Assembly (NCBI RefSeq): GCF_009914755.1
Contig: NC_060944.1
Direction: 5' to 3' (one strand)
Length of the DNA stretch: 64,000 bases
From: the human T2T-CHM13v2.0 reference genome, Homo sapiens
The notes beneath the pieces are model-generated. The model saw only the letters and a program-made list of their open reading frames with translations. It was not told the DNA's origin and did no database searches. The stretch's first letter is position 1, and every line of letters starts with the position of its first letter. Position numbers and translations under genes: made by a program. Shown in pieces: positions 42,325 through 55,859 of the stretch.

Positions 42325-43819
42325 TTAGTCATTCTTTCCAGCTTTGTTTCCCCTCCACAAAGCGGCAATGTCTTAAATTTCTCATTTATGAGTTGCTGCC
42401 AGACTCTAATCATGACAGACTGCAGGTAAGAGGAAGAGTCAGGGACAGGCCTTGTAGGAGACCAGTACTTTACATTTTGCAGCATATGAATACACTGTGC
42501 ACCCCTAAGGGCCAGTGAAAGAGTTAAAAAGTCATCCTCTATGGAAAAGTAAAAAACCTAAATAGTTATTTTTTAATAAGCTCCTCTCGGACAAAACATT
42601 TTTAGAACAGTTACTCACCATATGACAGCATTCAATAAATGTTTATTATTATTTTCCGCAATAATAACAACAATGTGTTAAAGTGCTTTCCAACCAATCT
42701 GAAAGCTAAGCTGAGGAGGAAGGGGACGCTTGTCATTGCCTCCTCTCCTTTCAAGCCACCACAAATATTATGCTCTTGCTATTTTGTTTAACTTGGGCCG
42801 AATACACTTCATAGAGTAACAGGCAGGGAGAGTTAGGTCCATTAAGAAGAAACTTCAAAAACCCTCTGGCTTTGGGGCTTTCTTGTGTTATTCCACCTCA
42901 AACCCAGAGGATATGAAAGATGGGAAGATTAGTGAGGGTTTTGCCCTGGCTGTTCTTTTACTGAATGGCTTCACAAATGCCAATTGAAATAATTATCAAG
43001 CCATTATGATGATTTGCATTAAAAATGGTAACTTTAGCAAGCAGTCCATGTGTGTGTAGGAGGGCAGTTGGGGGGTAGCATGTAACGTTATAAAAGGCCC
43101 ATTGAAGCCATACCAGCTTCCTGGCTTCCCGAGGATTACCACACAGTAGTTCACAAAAAGGTTGTTCTTCCAGCTCTATTTATACTCACAGTACTTACAG
43201 TGCACGCTCCCAGCACACCCATTCCTGGTATTGATTTGTGCCTATGCCCAAATTATCATCTGGCACACACAAGGCAGCAGCTTCTGGAGATGGTGATGCA
43301 ATGCTTGGATCCTGGTAGAACAAAGACAGGGCCTCTTCTTATCAAAACTTCCCCTTGCTGCTAAGATAAAAATACCAGAAGCCCTGGGTACCATTTCCTA
43401 CTTATTTTTTTTTCTTTTTCACCCAACTGTCTCATTAAAGCCAGTGGTTTACCCTCCATCCCCCTTTGAGTGTCTACTTAAAAGAACAAGGCAAGATATT
43501 ATGGGGATCAAATTTTCATTTAATTTGCCACTTTTATTAGTGAGGGAGGCAGTTACCTTATAAATGATTTTAAAAATATTTGTAAATGATGGTTTGTCAA
43601 CATCTCAGACTCACTGGGTGAAGGGGCTGGTGCAGTGAATGAGAGTGTAGTGTCTGACAACTGCTAACATCATAGGTAGCAGTTCTCAAAAGGTGCAGGG
43701 GGAGGAATTCAGGCAAGATGAGGAACCGTGTGGCCCAGGAAGCTATTACACGGGCCATGCTTTAAGTATTTGCTGAAGGTAACCAAACATGTGTTGTGGA
43801 ACAGTTTGACCAAATAGGC

Positions 43820-43990
43820 ACTACTGAATTCTCAACCTTGAGTATGTCCCCGAATTGCCCAAGGAAATGCTTAATTATTGGGGTTGATAGACTCCACCCC
43901 AGAGAATCTGATTCAATAAATTAGACCCAGGAATCTGTATTTTCAATAAACACCAAGATGAGTTCAATGCGGTTGGAAGAATAAAGACTT
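43820..43990. mobile_element. MER5A-like MITE
   Basis: ccaccccagagaatctgattca...cccaggaatctgtattttcaataa. Confidence 0.65.
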
Positions 43991-44049
43991 CTCTTAAGGG
44001 CAAGCTGGATACCATAAGTTTTTGAACATTTCAGGAGAAACCTATTAAA

Positions 44050-44455
44050 AGACAACATTACAACAATTTAGTTTAAAATATAATTGGCCTTTATTTGAAA
44101 TTCTAGAATTTGTCAATATCACATTCTATAAAATAGAACGGGTGTTCCAATGAGCTCAGCAGAGAAGGTTGACCTTATAGAGAAAAAAGGGCTGAAGCAA
44201 GTAGAAACAGAACAAAAAGCAGATTGTTGGTTTCAAAGTTACTTTCCTTGTAGGATTAAAACAGAGGAAACGTCCTTATTATGCTGACCAGGGTTGACTG
44301 GAATCTCCTGGTTTTTTGAAAACTGGCTCATTTCAAAGTTAAGTTTGATTACATGGCATTAGCACAAACGACTTCATTCTGGTTGGGTCTGGTCTGCTGG
44401 AGCCCAGTGCAGGAGGCTGGTCCAAAACAATGGCCTCCTATAAACTTTAATAACC
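44050..44455 (-). mobile_element. ERV1 solo LTR (MER31/MER67-like)
   Basis: ttctagaatt...gttccaatgagctcagcagag...ccaaaacaatggcctcctataaa. Confidence 0.6.
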
Positions 44456-45206
44456 CTAAACAAAATGACAAATTGTAAGTGTACAGCTTAATAGATCCTC
44501 AAAAGAACAGATATTTCTGCTATTCAGCAACTGCCTTAAAAAGAAAGTAGAGGATGTTTTGAGGACTTTAGAAGCCTAACTTACGCTCATTTCTAGTAAT
44601 TGCTGCCACCAAGAGGAGCCTAACTTCTAATGCCATAATTACTTTTAACCTGTTTCTGAACTTTATAGAAATAAAACTCTAAAGGATGTACTTTTTATAT
44701 TTTCTTTTACTCAGTATTCTATTTGTCAGGTTCACCCATAATATTAGCTATAGGTATATTCATCACTTCCTTTCTTAAAAAATGTATTTTCTTAACATTC
44801 ACTTTGAGATAGGTGGGTCTTTCAATTATTATTTTTAGCTTTTCGAAACTGTTATCTTTTCTTTTAGTAATGAGTCAGCTAGCTGATTCCAGGTGTCCAC
44901 GTTGAGACATGCCAAAATTAATTTTTAGCCATATGTTGTTTGTTTAATTAAATCTACGGAAACAAACAAACACAAATGATGGATTAGGAAGACAAAGTAG
45001 AATAGAATAGACTTAAGGAAATACATGAACTTTAAGGAAATGTCTGTGCCTAAAATATTTGTTTTTAAGTTCTCACCTGAGTTGCTCCATGGAAAGAGTA
45101 GTTTTGTGGTTTTTGGTTTTAGAGATTAACTTTCAAGTAGCTTTGAATAACAGTTCTCAAAAGAAAGAATCCTGCTTCCGGGGTTCAGAGTGTAGTGTCT
45201 GTGTTC

Positions 45207-45417
45207 CACCACAGGGCCTCAGCTCACCAGTTTCATTCCCTGGAAATAGAAGATCCAGGGATGGTCTGCTATTTAAACACAAGGCCTCAGCTCACCAGCT
45301 TCATTCCCTGGAAACAGATGATCCAGAGATGATCTGCTATTTAAACACCACAGGGCCTCAGCTCACCAGCTTCATTCCCTGGAGACAGATGATCCAGGGA
45401 TGATCTGCTGTTTAAAC
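45207..45417. repeat. Minisatellite, 3 copies of a 68-71 bp unit
   Basis: caca(g/a)ggcctcagctcaccag.ttcattccctgga...tccag.gatg.tctgct.tttaaac at 45210, 45278 and 45349. Confidence 0.97.
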
Positions 45418-45605
45418 TCCAAGCTCATCATTCATTACAGTAATTTTCTTCAATGTGTCCTCTTCAATATGTCATGTGTATTTAATGACCACAAAAATGC
45501 TTGTGATGCTAATTGTGCAGGTCAGCATTTCCAAGTGCCCACATGACCTCTGGGCTCTCGCACACGCAGTGGCATGTCCAGACTTCCCAGCACATTATTC
45601 CTTAG

Positions 45606-46015
<410 letters not shown>

Positions 46016-46618
46016 TCTTCCCCGTATTTTATAGTTAGTCTTGGTATTAAGCCCTGAGCGGATGGACCACACAGGTTGAAAGAAAAGCAGATGGAAAAGA
46101 GCTAAAATTCAATACCATGATTCCACGACAACCCACATTAGAATCTGTAGTAAACAGTAGATCCTATCTTCAAGGGTTTATTTTGGAGAGAGTGGAAGAT
46201 ATAATAAACAAATAAACATAAAACTTAAATTCTAATAATAATAATTGCCCTGAAACTGGGCCAAGGAATAGGAAGTTTACACAATTTGTGGGGTTATTTG
46301 GAAAAGGGGATCAGAGTGGTTCTGTGAGGAGATGACATTTGAGCAGGACATGAATGATGCCATGGAGAGTAAGATGCAACAATCTCAGTGCAAAACATTG
46401 CTGATGATGGGAATAGCCCTTGCAACCTTCTCACTATGCCAAGCACTATCTAAACACTGTATATTTACTACTGTGATTTTTAACATGGCTCTGCAGTGAA
46501 CATGGCCTCTTTGTTACAAATAAGAAAACTGAAGCTTAGCCCAGTAACTTAGTACAGCATGAGAGTAGTGGAGCTGACTCTGAGACACCTGCAGCCTGGT
46601 TATAGCCTTGCTACTCTT

Positions 46619-46930
46619 TCTTTCTTTTCTTTTTTTTTTTTTTTTTTTTTGATACTGAGTCTCGCTCTGTTGCCAGGCTGGAGTGCAGTGGCACAATCTC
46701 TGCTCACTGAAATCTCTGCCTCCCTGGTTCAAGCGATTCCCCTGCCTCAGCTTCCTGAGTAACTGAGACTAAAGGTGCACACCACCATGCCTGGCTAATT
46801 TTTTTGTATTTTAGTAGAGACAGGGTTTCACCATGTAGGCTAGGATCGTCTCCATCTCTTGACCTTGTGATCCTCCCACCTCAGCCTCCTGAAGTGCTAG
46901 GATTACAGGCGTGAGCCACCTCACCCAGCC
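46619..46930 (-). mobile_element. AluSc-like element
   Basis: 14-bp perfect TSD gccttgctactctt at 46605-46618 and 46931-46944. Confidence 0.96.
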
Positions 46931-47194
46931 GCCTTGCTACTCTTAAAGGCCACTCTATAATGGCTCCAGCATTAAGTAAGGTCCATCTTGGTTTGTTCAA
47001 AGCCACTGTGGCTGAACTGCAGTTAACAAAAGCACACCTTCTAAAAAGGCGAATTATTTTATTTATAAAAGTCTCCCAAATACTTACACCCATTGCTATA
47101 GACTTAGAATTAATTATTCCATGCTGGCAGATTGGTAGCCTTCCTTCACAAAAATCAAAGAGCTATTTTATTTTTAAAGAAAATGATCTTTTTG

Positions 47195-47533
<339 letters not shown>

Positions 47534-47985
47534 TTATCAAATGTAGTGGGTAAGGTTTAAACCACCAGGTGATATATTGGAGGTGGAGGGTAAAATGTTT
47601 TTTCTTAGTCATCAGCCAGGTATCTGATCCCAGGAGAAGATCTATAAATGGATTGATTCTTGATCAAATTTTAAATCTTGGTGGTAGGAAGATGTTAGTG
47701 AAGCTTCAGTGATCCTTGTCCCAAAGCACTTTCAGTATGTCAGTACATCAGCAAATGGCTGATATAGGAAGTGCAAGCTTCCAACTCTCCAAGTACTGTT
47801 AAGAGGTGGTTCCACTCTCTGAAGATTCAATGGGAAAATACAGTGATTTTTATTATTCCTGCACTGGGAGAAGTCTCCATGGTTTGAGAGGAAAAAAGAG
47901 ATGCTTTTCTGGTGTGTGAGCCACTCTCTAGAAGACAACAAACACCAGCACTAACTTGTTAGGACCCCTGTTTGAATGCAGGTGA

Positions 47986-48959
47986 ACCAAAGGAAAGTAA
48001 TTTGTTCTACCAAAAAGACACCTGCACTCCCATGTTTATTGCAGCACTATTCACAATAGTAAAGACATGGAATCAACCTAGATGTCCATCAATGGCGGAT
48101 TAGGTAAAGAAAATGTGGTATATTTACACCATGGAATATTATGCAGCAATAAAAAGACTGAAATCATGTCCTTTGCAGCAACATGGATACAGCCGGAGGC
48201 CATCATCATAAACAACACAGAAACAAAATTCTAAAAAAAAAATTTTGAAAATTCTGTAACAAAAAAGCAAATTCTGCATGTTCTCACTTATAAGTCGGAG
48301 CTAAATATTGGGTACTCATGGACACAAAGATGGGAACAATAGGCACGAGAGACTAAGATAGGGGAGGCAGGGAGGAGAGTAAACATTGAAAAACTACCTA
48401 TTGGGTACTATGCTGACTATCTGCACAGTACCCAAAACTGTGTGTATTAGGCCATTCTTGCATTGCCATAAAGAAGTACCTGAGGCTGGACAATTTATAA
48501 AGAAAAGAGGTTTAATTGCCTTTTGGTTCTGCAGGCTGTACAAGCATGGTGCTAGCATTTGTTCAGCTTCTGTGGAGGCCTCATGGAGCTTTTACTCACA
48601 GCAGAAGGCAAAGCCGGAGCAGACATGTCACATGGCAGGAGATGGAGCAGGGTTGGGGAGTGAAAGTATCACACACATTTTACAATCAGATCTCATGAGA
48701 ACTCACTCACTATCATAAGGACGAGAACTAGAACTAAGCCATGAGGGATCTACCCCATGTCTCATACACCTCCAATTGTGCCCCATTTCTAACAATGAGG
48801 ATTAAAATTCAGTATGAGATTTACAGGTGATGACATCCAAACTACATCTCTAAGTGTTGGGTTCAATCACTCCCCAATCCTCAGCATCACCTAATACACC
48901 CTTATAACAAACCTGTACATGTACCCTCTGAATCTAAAATAAACGTTGAAAAAAAAAAA
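47986..48959 (+). mobile_element. L1PA16-like 3' end with nested MST LTR
   Basis: gcagcactattcacaatag.aaagacatggaatcaaccta...aacctgtacatgtaccctctgaatctaaaataaa plus poly-A. Confidence 0.92.
48443..48849 (-). mobile_element. MST-type MaLR solo LTR
   Basis: tgtattaggccattcttgcattgc.ataaag...catccaaactacatc. Confidence 0.9.
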
Positions 48960-51594
48960 GCAAGGGACTTCTTAGAATCATGGTGTCAAGCGGCCCTACC
49001 AGGACCTCCTGGTAGCAGCATTCCTTCCCCCAATGTTTCAATTTAGTGTAAGCTTTTTTTATGGAGAGAATATTTTTCTCTAAAAACAATATGATAAAAA
49101 GCCCTTGGGATAGCCTTTCCCTGACAAAGTTCTTCCAGAAATCTCTTTCTCATGTTTGAGACCTCTACTGGTTCGATCTCTTAAATAATTTTGTTTCCCC
49201 TGCCTTTATGACAACTGTTATTACGAAACACTTTATTTCACTGTTAATGTTGTAATGTATATTTTTGGGAATGTTTCTTATGCTTACGACAATTGCTCTA
49301 GGTTGGACAACCAGAATGGGGGACTGCCACTTTCTTTTTTAAAAAATTAATAATATCAAATTCCCTTTGATAAAAACTTTACCAGTTTATAGTAACACCA
49401 CATATGACATTTCCTATTTCCCCAGACAATTGCCAGCAATATGCAAAATGTATTGCTGAATATTAGTGTAGTTGTATAACTTTTTATATACTTATTAGCA
49501 TTGTGTATTTATCCTTCTGGAGATTTCTTGAATATATCTTGCCCATTTTATTATTTAGTATTTATTAGAACTCTTCTACAAAACCAATAAAGATTGGTGC
49601 CTTTATTAGGAAATCATGATTAACAATATTTGTATTCTGTCTATGATTATACTGTGTTTTCTATGTCTTTCAACAACAGCTTTGCTTTTATAGTTTTCTA
49701 GAACAATCATTGAATATCTGTTTGATGTTAATTAGCTGATTTGAATCCTGGATACCAGTACTCTAAGTCAATAAACTATGATAAAATTCTAACCGTTAGA
49801 ATGTGCTTTTCTTTGGGTACAGGATCGGCTTAACCCGAATTGGTAAAAATTTTAAAGTCTGTTTTATTCTTTCTGGGTTCCTAGGTTGTTTATCCTTCGA
49901 AAAGAAGCACACACACACAATATCAAAACAAAGAACAATTTCCTGTTTCTAAGAAAAGTGTCTTTAAAAGACATCTTGAACATCAAATAGTTGTTACAAA
50001 ACATTTTGATGAGCTAAGTGTAAACGATTCTGAAACATATGGATGAAATTTTCCTAGGAATCACTCGGGCTTAAAAATTAAGGAAAAAACACACAATCAA
50101 ACTAGGTTTAGTGTTTTCCAACTCCAAGGCATTTGGTAAATAGTCCAAGACAAATGACAAATCCCTAATATGTCCAAATTGGCCCTTCTTTAATAAAATG
50201 ATGTATGTAAGCCGTTGTATAAGCTTCACTCTGTTTTATGTCCCCCTGTAATAGACAAAAGAATGCAAAACTTCCCTAACTCCGGACCTTTTTGCTGGAA
50301 TTAAGTCTGGCTCTGATGACATTACTAGTGATAATAAATATTAAGTAAGTATAATTTATAATAAATTTTTTTTTCTTTAGGGAACAGTGTTCAAGGTCAT
50401 CTCTTTTGATCAAGGGGTTCACCACCATATTTCTTGAGTGTAAGTAAATATTCCCGGTTCAAATTTTACTAATTCCAGTGAATGCACTGCACACCCCTTA
50501 ATGTCTTGGGACAGTTCGAAGTGGGTTTAAAGTCATTTTTCCCCCACTTGTTTCTAAATTTATGTCTGGTTATATGAGTATTTGTCACTCATCTGGGAAG
50601 TTTTCATTACACTTAAGGAGGAAAGTGAAAGGATAAACCAGACCTCCCAGTGCTACTCTCAGAGTAAACAATGTCTCTTCTATCTGCATAGACTTTCAGA
50701 TCAAGATACGAGTAGAGCCCAAAACTCAAAATATATACGTGACTTAATGTGTTCAGGATATTTTTGTAATGTAATGTAGTGCAAGAGATGGGACTATATG
50801 TGATAGGACAACATTGGATCTTTAAAAAAAAATTTTAAAGGGTATGAGTTTGGAACTCTTGTAACCACACAAATGTAGATGTCCTTAGTCTTCAGAGATC
50901 CCCAAGCAGACAAACTAGATGGTGGTTATTTGTATTAAACTAGCCTTTGTTTTAGAAATTGAATCAACCAACATGAGAGTTTCCTTCAAAATATATCTTA
51001 TAAATAATGCTTTTCATGTATGTTAAAGAGAAACTACTAGTCGGTTTATTCTCCAGTGGCTTAGATGTCAATCATGTTCTCTTTTTTTAATTTATGTACT
51101 CTCCCTCCTCCAGCCCATAGTAGGTCACCACTATTACCTCTTCTTAATTTGTCCTGCATACCACCTCAAGATATAGATACATCTTACTCTCTTACCCTCA
51201 AAAAAACAAGTACATTAGGTGACAGTTACATTAGTTTGATTTATTAATTCCATAATGTAATAAATATATAAAAACCTCACATTGTGCTTCATAAATATAT
51301 ATAATTTATATTTTTTAAAATAAAATTTTAAAAATATATAGTTGTATCTTTCTTATGCATAACCTTAAAGGAAGAACATATCTATTTATAAACATTTTTT
51401 GACTCTCTGTGATTTCAAATTATTTACCCTGATAATCTTGACCAGAGATGTAAGATGTATATCATCATGTGTATATACACACATAAACTTATTTGTAAAA
51501 CAAGAATAAAGAGTTCTTAAATGTCCTCCTAAGATTAAAATAACAGAAACTTAAAGCAATGACAATTGTTTGAACTCTTTAAAAATCTTTACCA

Positions 51595-53915
51595 CTTATC
51601 AAAACAACCAATATTTATGAAGCAACTCTATGTGCCAGGTATTATTCTAAATTCCGGGGATAAATTAGTAAGCATGCTCCCACAGAGCTTACAGTGTAAA
51701 ATACTGAGAGGTATTAATGCAATAGCCATACACCTAAATGAAAATTACAATTAAGATAAGTAGCCGTACATAAAAGATCTTCATAGGGAAGTTTGATGCA
51801 ACCAGGAGGATCAGATAAATTTCAGAACAAGTAATAGCTAAGATGAGGTATACAAAAATAGCAGAAGCTAAATGATGCATTGGGTTTGGGAATAGGTAGT
51901 TGGGAAAAGTATCCCAGACCATAGGAAAAAGCAGGCACAAAGGCCCTGTGGTGGGCTGGGAAGGAGTTTGAGGGACCCGAAGAAGTTGAATATAGATGGA
52001 TCACAATGAGTGAGGTCATCTGTGGCATAAACAAGATTAGAGATTAAATTTGAGGTGATATAAATGAAAAATCAGTTATAGATATTCTGGCTCAAGAGAA
52101 AGGGTACATGAGCTTTAATTACTTGCCAAAATTTTTGGAAGTCAAGAAGCCAAGCTTGAATGCCACACAATTAATAGGGACCCGGTCCAGGGAAATTTCA
52201 GAAAAACTCCATGGTGCTTACCACTGAGTGTTTATAGTCACCCAGCCAGAAGGTGAAACCAGAACCTCTGCTACAGTTGTTTCTGAGAAGCAAAGATATC
52301 CACCACCTTAGTTAGCACAAAAACTGCGCAACCTTGCAATATCCTCACAGACCTTCACATGCCATGATAAAAGATAGGCTTGGTGGGAGCCAGTCACACA
52401 CATTTATACATCAACAGCATGGGGACATGGAACATGCAGGCTGGGAATTCTACCTGGGAAAGGCAGGATTGACAAAACACAGAATAATTATAATGGGAAG
52501 AGGAGGAGGTATGCAAAATGTCGAGGACATTGAAAAAGGACAGATGTCATACAGAGATGGAGTCTGGCTGGAGCTATATATTTGTGAATCATTGACATTG
52601 TAATTAAAGCTGAGGACATGGATGAGAACACATATGAGATCATAAGTGGGAGATGGTAGAATCTTCTTTCTGTATTCTATTTGTTTGACAGGCTCTGCAT
52701 TAAGTGCTATGTGCAAATAGTTCATAACCAAATGTGAGAAACTGCTTCCAAGCAGATAATTGCAACATAATATAGCAATGCTATAATAAAGATTTGTATA
52801 GAATATTGTAGAAGAATGATAGTGTTGGTGAGGCAGGGAGCACTTATGTAGCAAAGGAAACCCAAGGGAACCCAAATCTATATCTCTTTTGACTCATTTA
52901 TCCAACTGCCAACCACTGATTAGCTCTGGGGTATTTCCTCAACACTTCACTTTCAACGTGTCCAAAATTATACTTGTTATTTATTCTCCCCTTTCCTTCC
53001 ACTAATTTCTTCCTCTTTCTACGATTATCATCATGATCAACTACCAGATTCATTGTCCAAGTTGAAAATCTGGAAATCACACTTGGCCCCCTTCTTCATC
53101 CTCCAATATCCAATTAGTCAACATATATTTTAAATTTCATCATGGGAATATCTCCTGAATCTGTCACCTCCCCTGGATCCTTCTACTAGAGCCATGGGTC
53201 ATCCACTCAATTCCCCATGTCCACAGATATTGCAGAAGTTTTCTGGTAGGTATCTCAGCAAATAAACCTCTCCTAACTCTGATGCTGGGGTCCACAAGCT
53301 TTGTTTCTGTAAAGAGCCAAAGAGTGAACAGTTTTGGCTTTGCAGGCTATAAGTTCTGTGCTGTAAGAACTCAAGTCTGTTCTTGCAATGAGAGAGCAGG
53401 CATAATAATCTGTAAGTGCACGGGTGTGGCTGCATGCCAGTAAGGCTTTCGAAGTGTGCTAACTCCTGCTTGACTCCAGAAAACCATCAGAATCATCACC
53501 CTGAAAACAGATCAATTTCTATGCCTTTGCTATTCCACAATTTTCGTGAAAGAAAGCCCATATACCTTTGCCCTTTCAAAAGATCCTTTATGGTTTATTC
53601 CTAAGCTATTCTACCGATTTCATCTTCTGCCTCCTCCATGTTGTGTCCGGTTTTGTGGCTTGTTCTTATGATTCTGCACCTTTGCACATGTGATTTTTGC
53701 CATCCTCTTCTTCATTCCTCGGAAAAATTCTCCTCATCTTTCTGTGCCCTTCTTAAATTTGAGTGCTCTCTGTCTTAGCATTGTTTCCATTTTTCTTTTC
53801 TAGATTTCTATACTGAGTTCTATTGCAGCTTGGTAACATTATGTCATGATTATCTGCTTGGAAGCTGTTTCTTACACTTGACAAATCCAGCACTTAACGC
53901 AGGGCCAGTTAAATG
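51595..53915. mobile_element. Cluster of L2 fragments in both orientations
   Basis: atatttatgaagcaactctatgtgccagg (L2 end, minus); tttcaacgtgtccaaa...ccaagttgaaaatctggaaatcac...acctttgcacatg (L2 plus). Confidence 0.65.
53285..53469. mobile_element. MER58A-like hAT MITE inside L2
   Basis: tctgtaaagagcca.agagtgaa.a.ttt.ggctttgcaggc...gggtgtggctg.atgccagtaa. Confidence 0.8.
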
Positions 53916-54819
53916 TCTTCTGAAAGAGTAAACAATAAATACAAAATGTGAAAATGAAACGGTGAGTGAGAGAGTGGCCAGAGAGGGGAGAAAAAGAGTG
54001 CAGACAATTCTTTTGAAAATTCTGGTTGATAAAAAATAGGGGGGAAGGTAGATACTTTATTCTCACAACCATAAGACTAGCTATAATGAGCTGTTTTAAA
54101 CATAATAACTAAGTTTTTAACTTGAAGTAATATAATAAAATAAGCACACAGATAAAATATGGAAATTTTCCCCAGCTTCAGGAATTGAGAACAGTGCCCA
54201 GGTCCACAGAACCCTACAATATTTATTTCACTCTGCCCACCTGGGTGCTCAGTTATAATAATTCTACCCATGACATGTCTATTTAAAAAGCGTACTGTTG
54301 AGGTAACAAAGCCTTAACTCATGTAAAAAATATCTGGAGTGTTGAAAATTCTAGCACAGTGGATAAGACATTTGGCCCAAATGAGTCTATCTCACAGTTC
54401 CTTTGAAATTATATCGAGCAATTAATTCTGCTGTAACTACACTTGGTGCTGTCTTTCTAAAGGATTTTGTGAGGGTATCATTTCATACTCTCCTTCTCAA
54501 GGTACACAATAAGCCCTAACCTGGTTTTGCATGAAAAAGTATTGCCAATTTAAAAGAGTACATGCTATAAGGCAGAACAATTTACCATTCAGCAACAGTG
54601 AAAGGATTTGTCGGTGTGTGAGCCATCAGACTCATTGTCTTGAGCCTCAGGGCAACCCCATCTATGTCTCCTAGACCATTTCACAGTTGTCTGTAGTGGG
54701 GAGATGCTTGGAAAGAGGTAACATATCTGTGCAGTTCCAATCAAATGCTTCTGGGCTTGGCCAATGAAGGAGAAGTGTCTTTCAACAGATCTGCCTTTGG
54801 ACTATCTTTTTCTCTCACA

Positions 54820-55230
54820 CTGTTAGTCATTGGAGTGGACACTCCTGATGCCCTGCCCACATCCTCCTTAGAATTCCTGTACCCTTCTTCCACATGCTGT
54901 CTGTGTTAGCTACTAAAGATTCATAGCTCTTCTCTGGAGAATTGCCCTTGGCTGAGAAGGAAGCACTGCCTAGGACAGTATATGTGTGCCTGCCCTGCTC
55001 TCTTGCCTCAAGTTGGGACTGAGGTTATTGAGAAATTGACTCTCCACAGCCTGCTGTGGGATCAGGCTAAAGTCAGAACGCACATCATACCACTTCTTTG
55101 CTCAGTTCCCCTCCCTGGCCTGGCTAAATTTGCCATTCCTGCTTCCTGAGGACCCACCTTTAATAAATCACACGTGCCTGAAACTTCATTCCCAGCCTCT
55201 TCCTCTCCTAGATCTCTCTACCTAGGACAG
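54820..55230 (+). mobile_element. LTR16-like ERVL LTR
   Basis: tctctggagaattgccctt; gggatcaggctaa; aataaatcac...ctaggaca terminus. Confidence 0.7.
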
Positions 55231-55859
55231 TTGTAGGTAAAGTGAGGAATCCTAAGAGAGAACCCAGAAAAGCAGAAATCACAAAGGCAACCTAGTCAAC
55301 AGTGAAATGTATGACAAAATGGAGGGATCTTGTCGACAAACAAAATGATATCTGAAAAGTCTCACTAATAAATATTAAAGATCATTAAATGTACATTAAT
55401 CTTTGGATGTTGAAATCAACATTGAATGTCCAAAATTAATTCAAATAATTATATCAAACACACATGCACACATGTGCACACACACACACTAATCATAAGG
55501 ATTTAAAATATTCTGAAATTATTTCATCTTTCCTTTTCTTTCTTTCTTATTAAAAAAAAAAAATAATGGCCAGAATACTGGCTTCTATAACATTAGTCCC
55601 TGCTCTGGCAGACCAAAAGAGGCAGAATCTTCCCAGCACAATTTTGCCCTCCAAACATTTTAAAAGTATCCAATTATCTGGCTTTGTATTACTTACAAAA
55701 TCTTGTAGTTATGAAGAAAGTTCTTTTTTTTAAATTCAGTTTATCTCCCTAAATTAAAAGTGTCCCTATAAATAAGAAGAGAAGCTGTTTCTGTCAAAAC
55801 TTTGGGTCTACTTAGGACTAATGGAGTTTCTTTGTTTCGTAGGAAAACCTTTTGCCCTC

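Noticed and set aside
45207-45417. CRISPR-like array (palindromic repeated unit)
   Set aside because: Units are contiguous with no unique spacers, there are no cas genes, and the DNA is primate. It is an ordinary minisatellite.
52450-52875. 141-aa ORF, the longest in the track
   Set aside because: Lies across L2 fragments and has no recognisable protein features.
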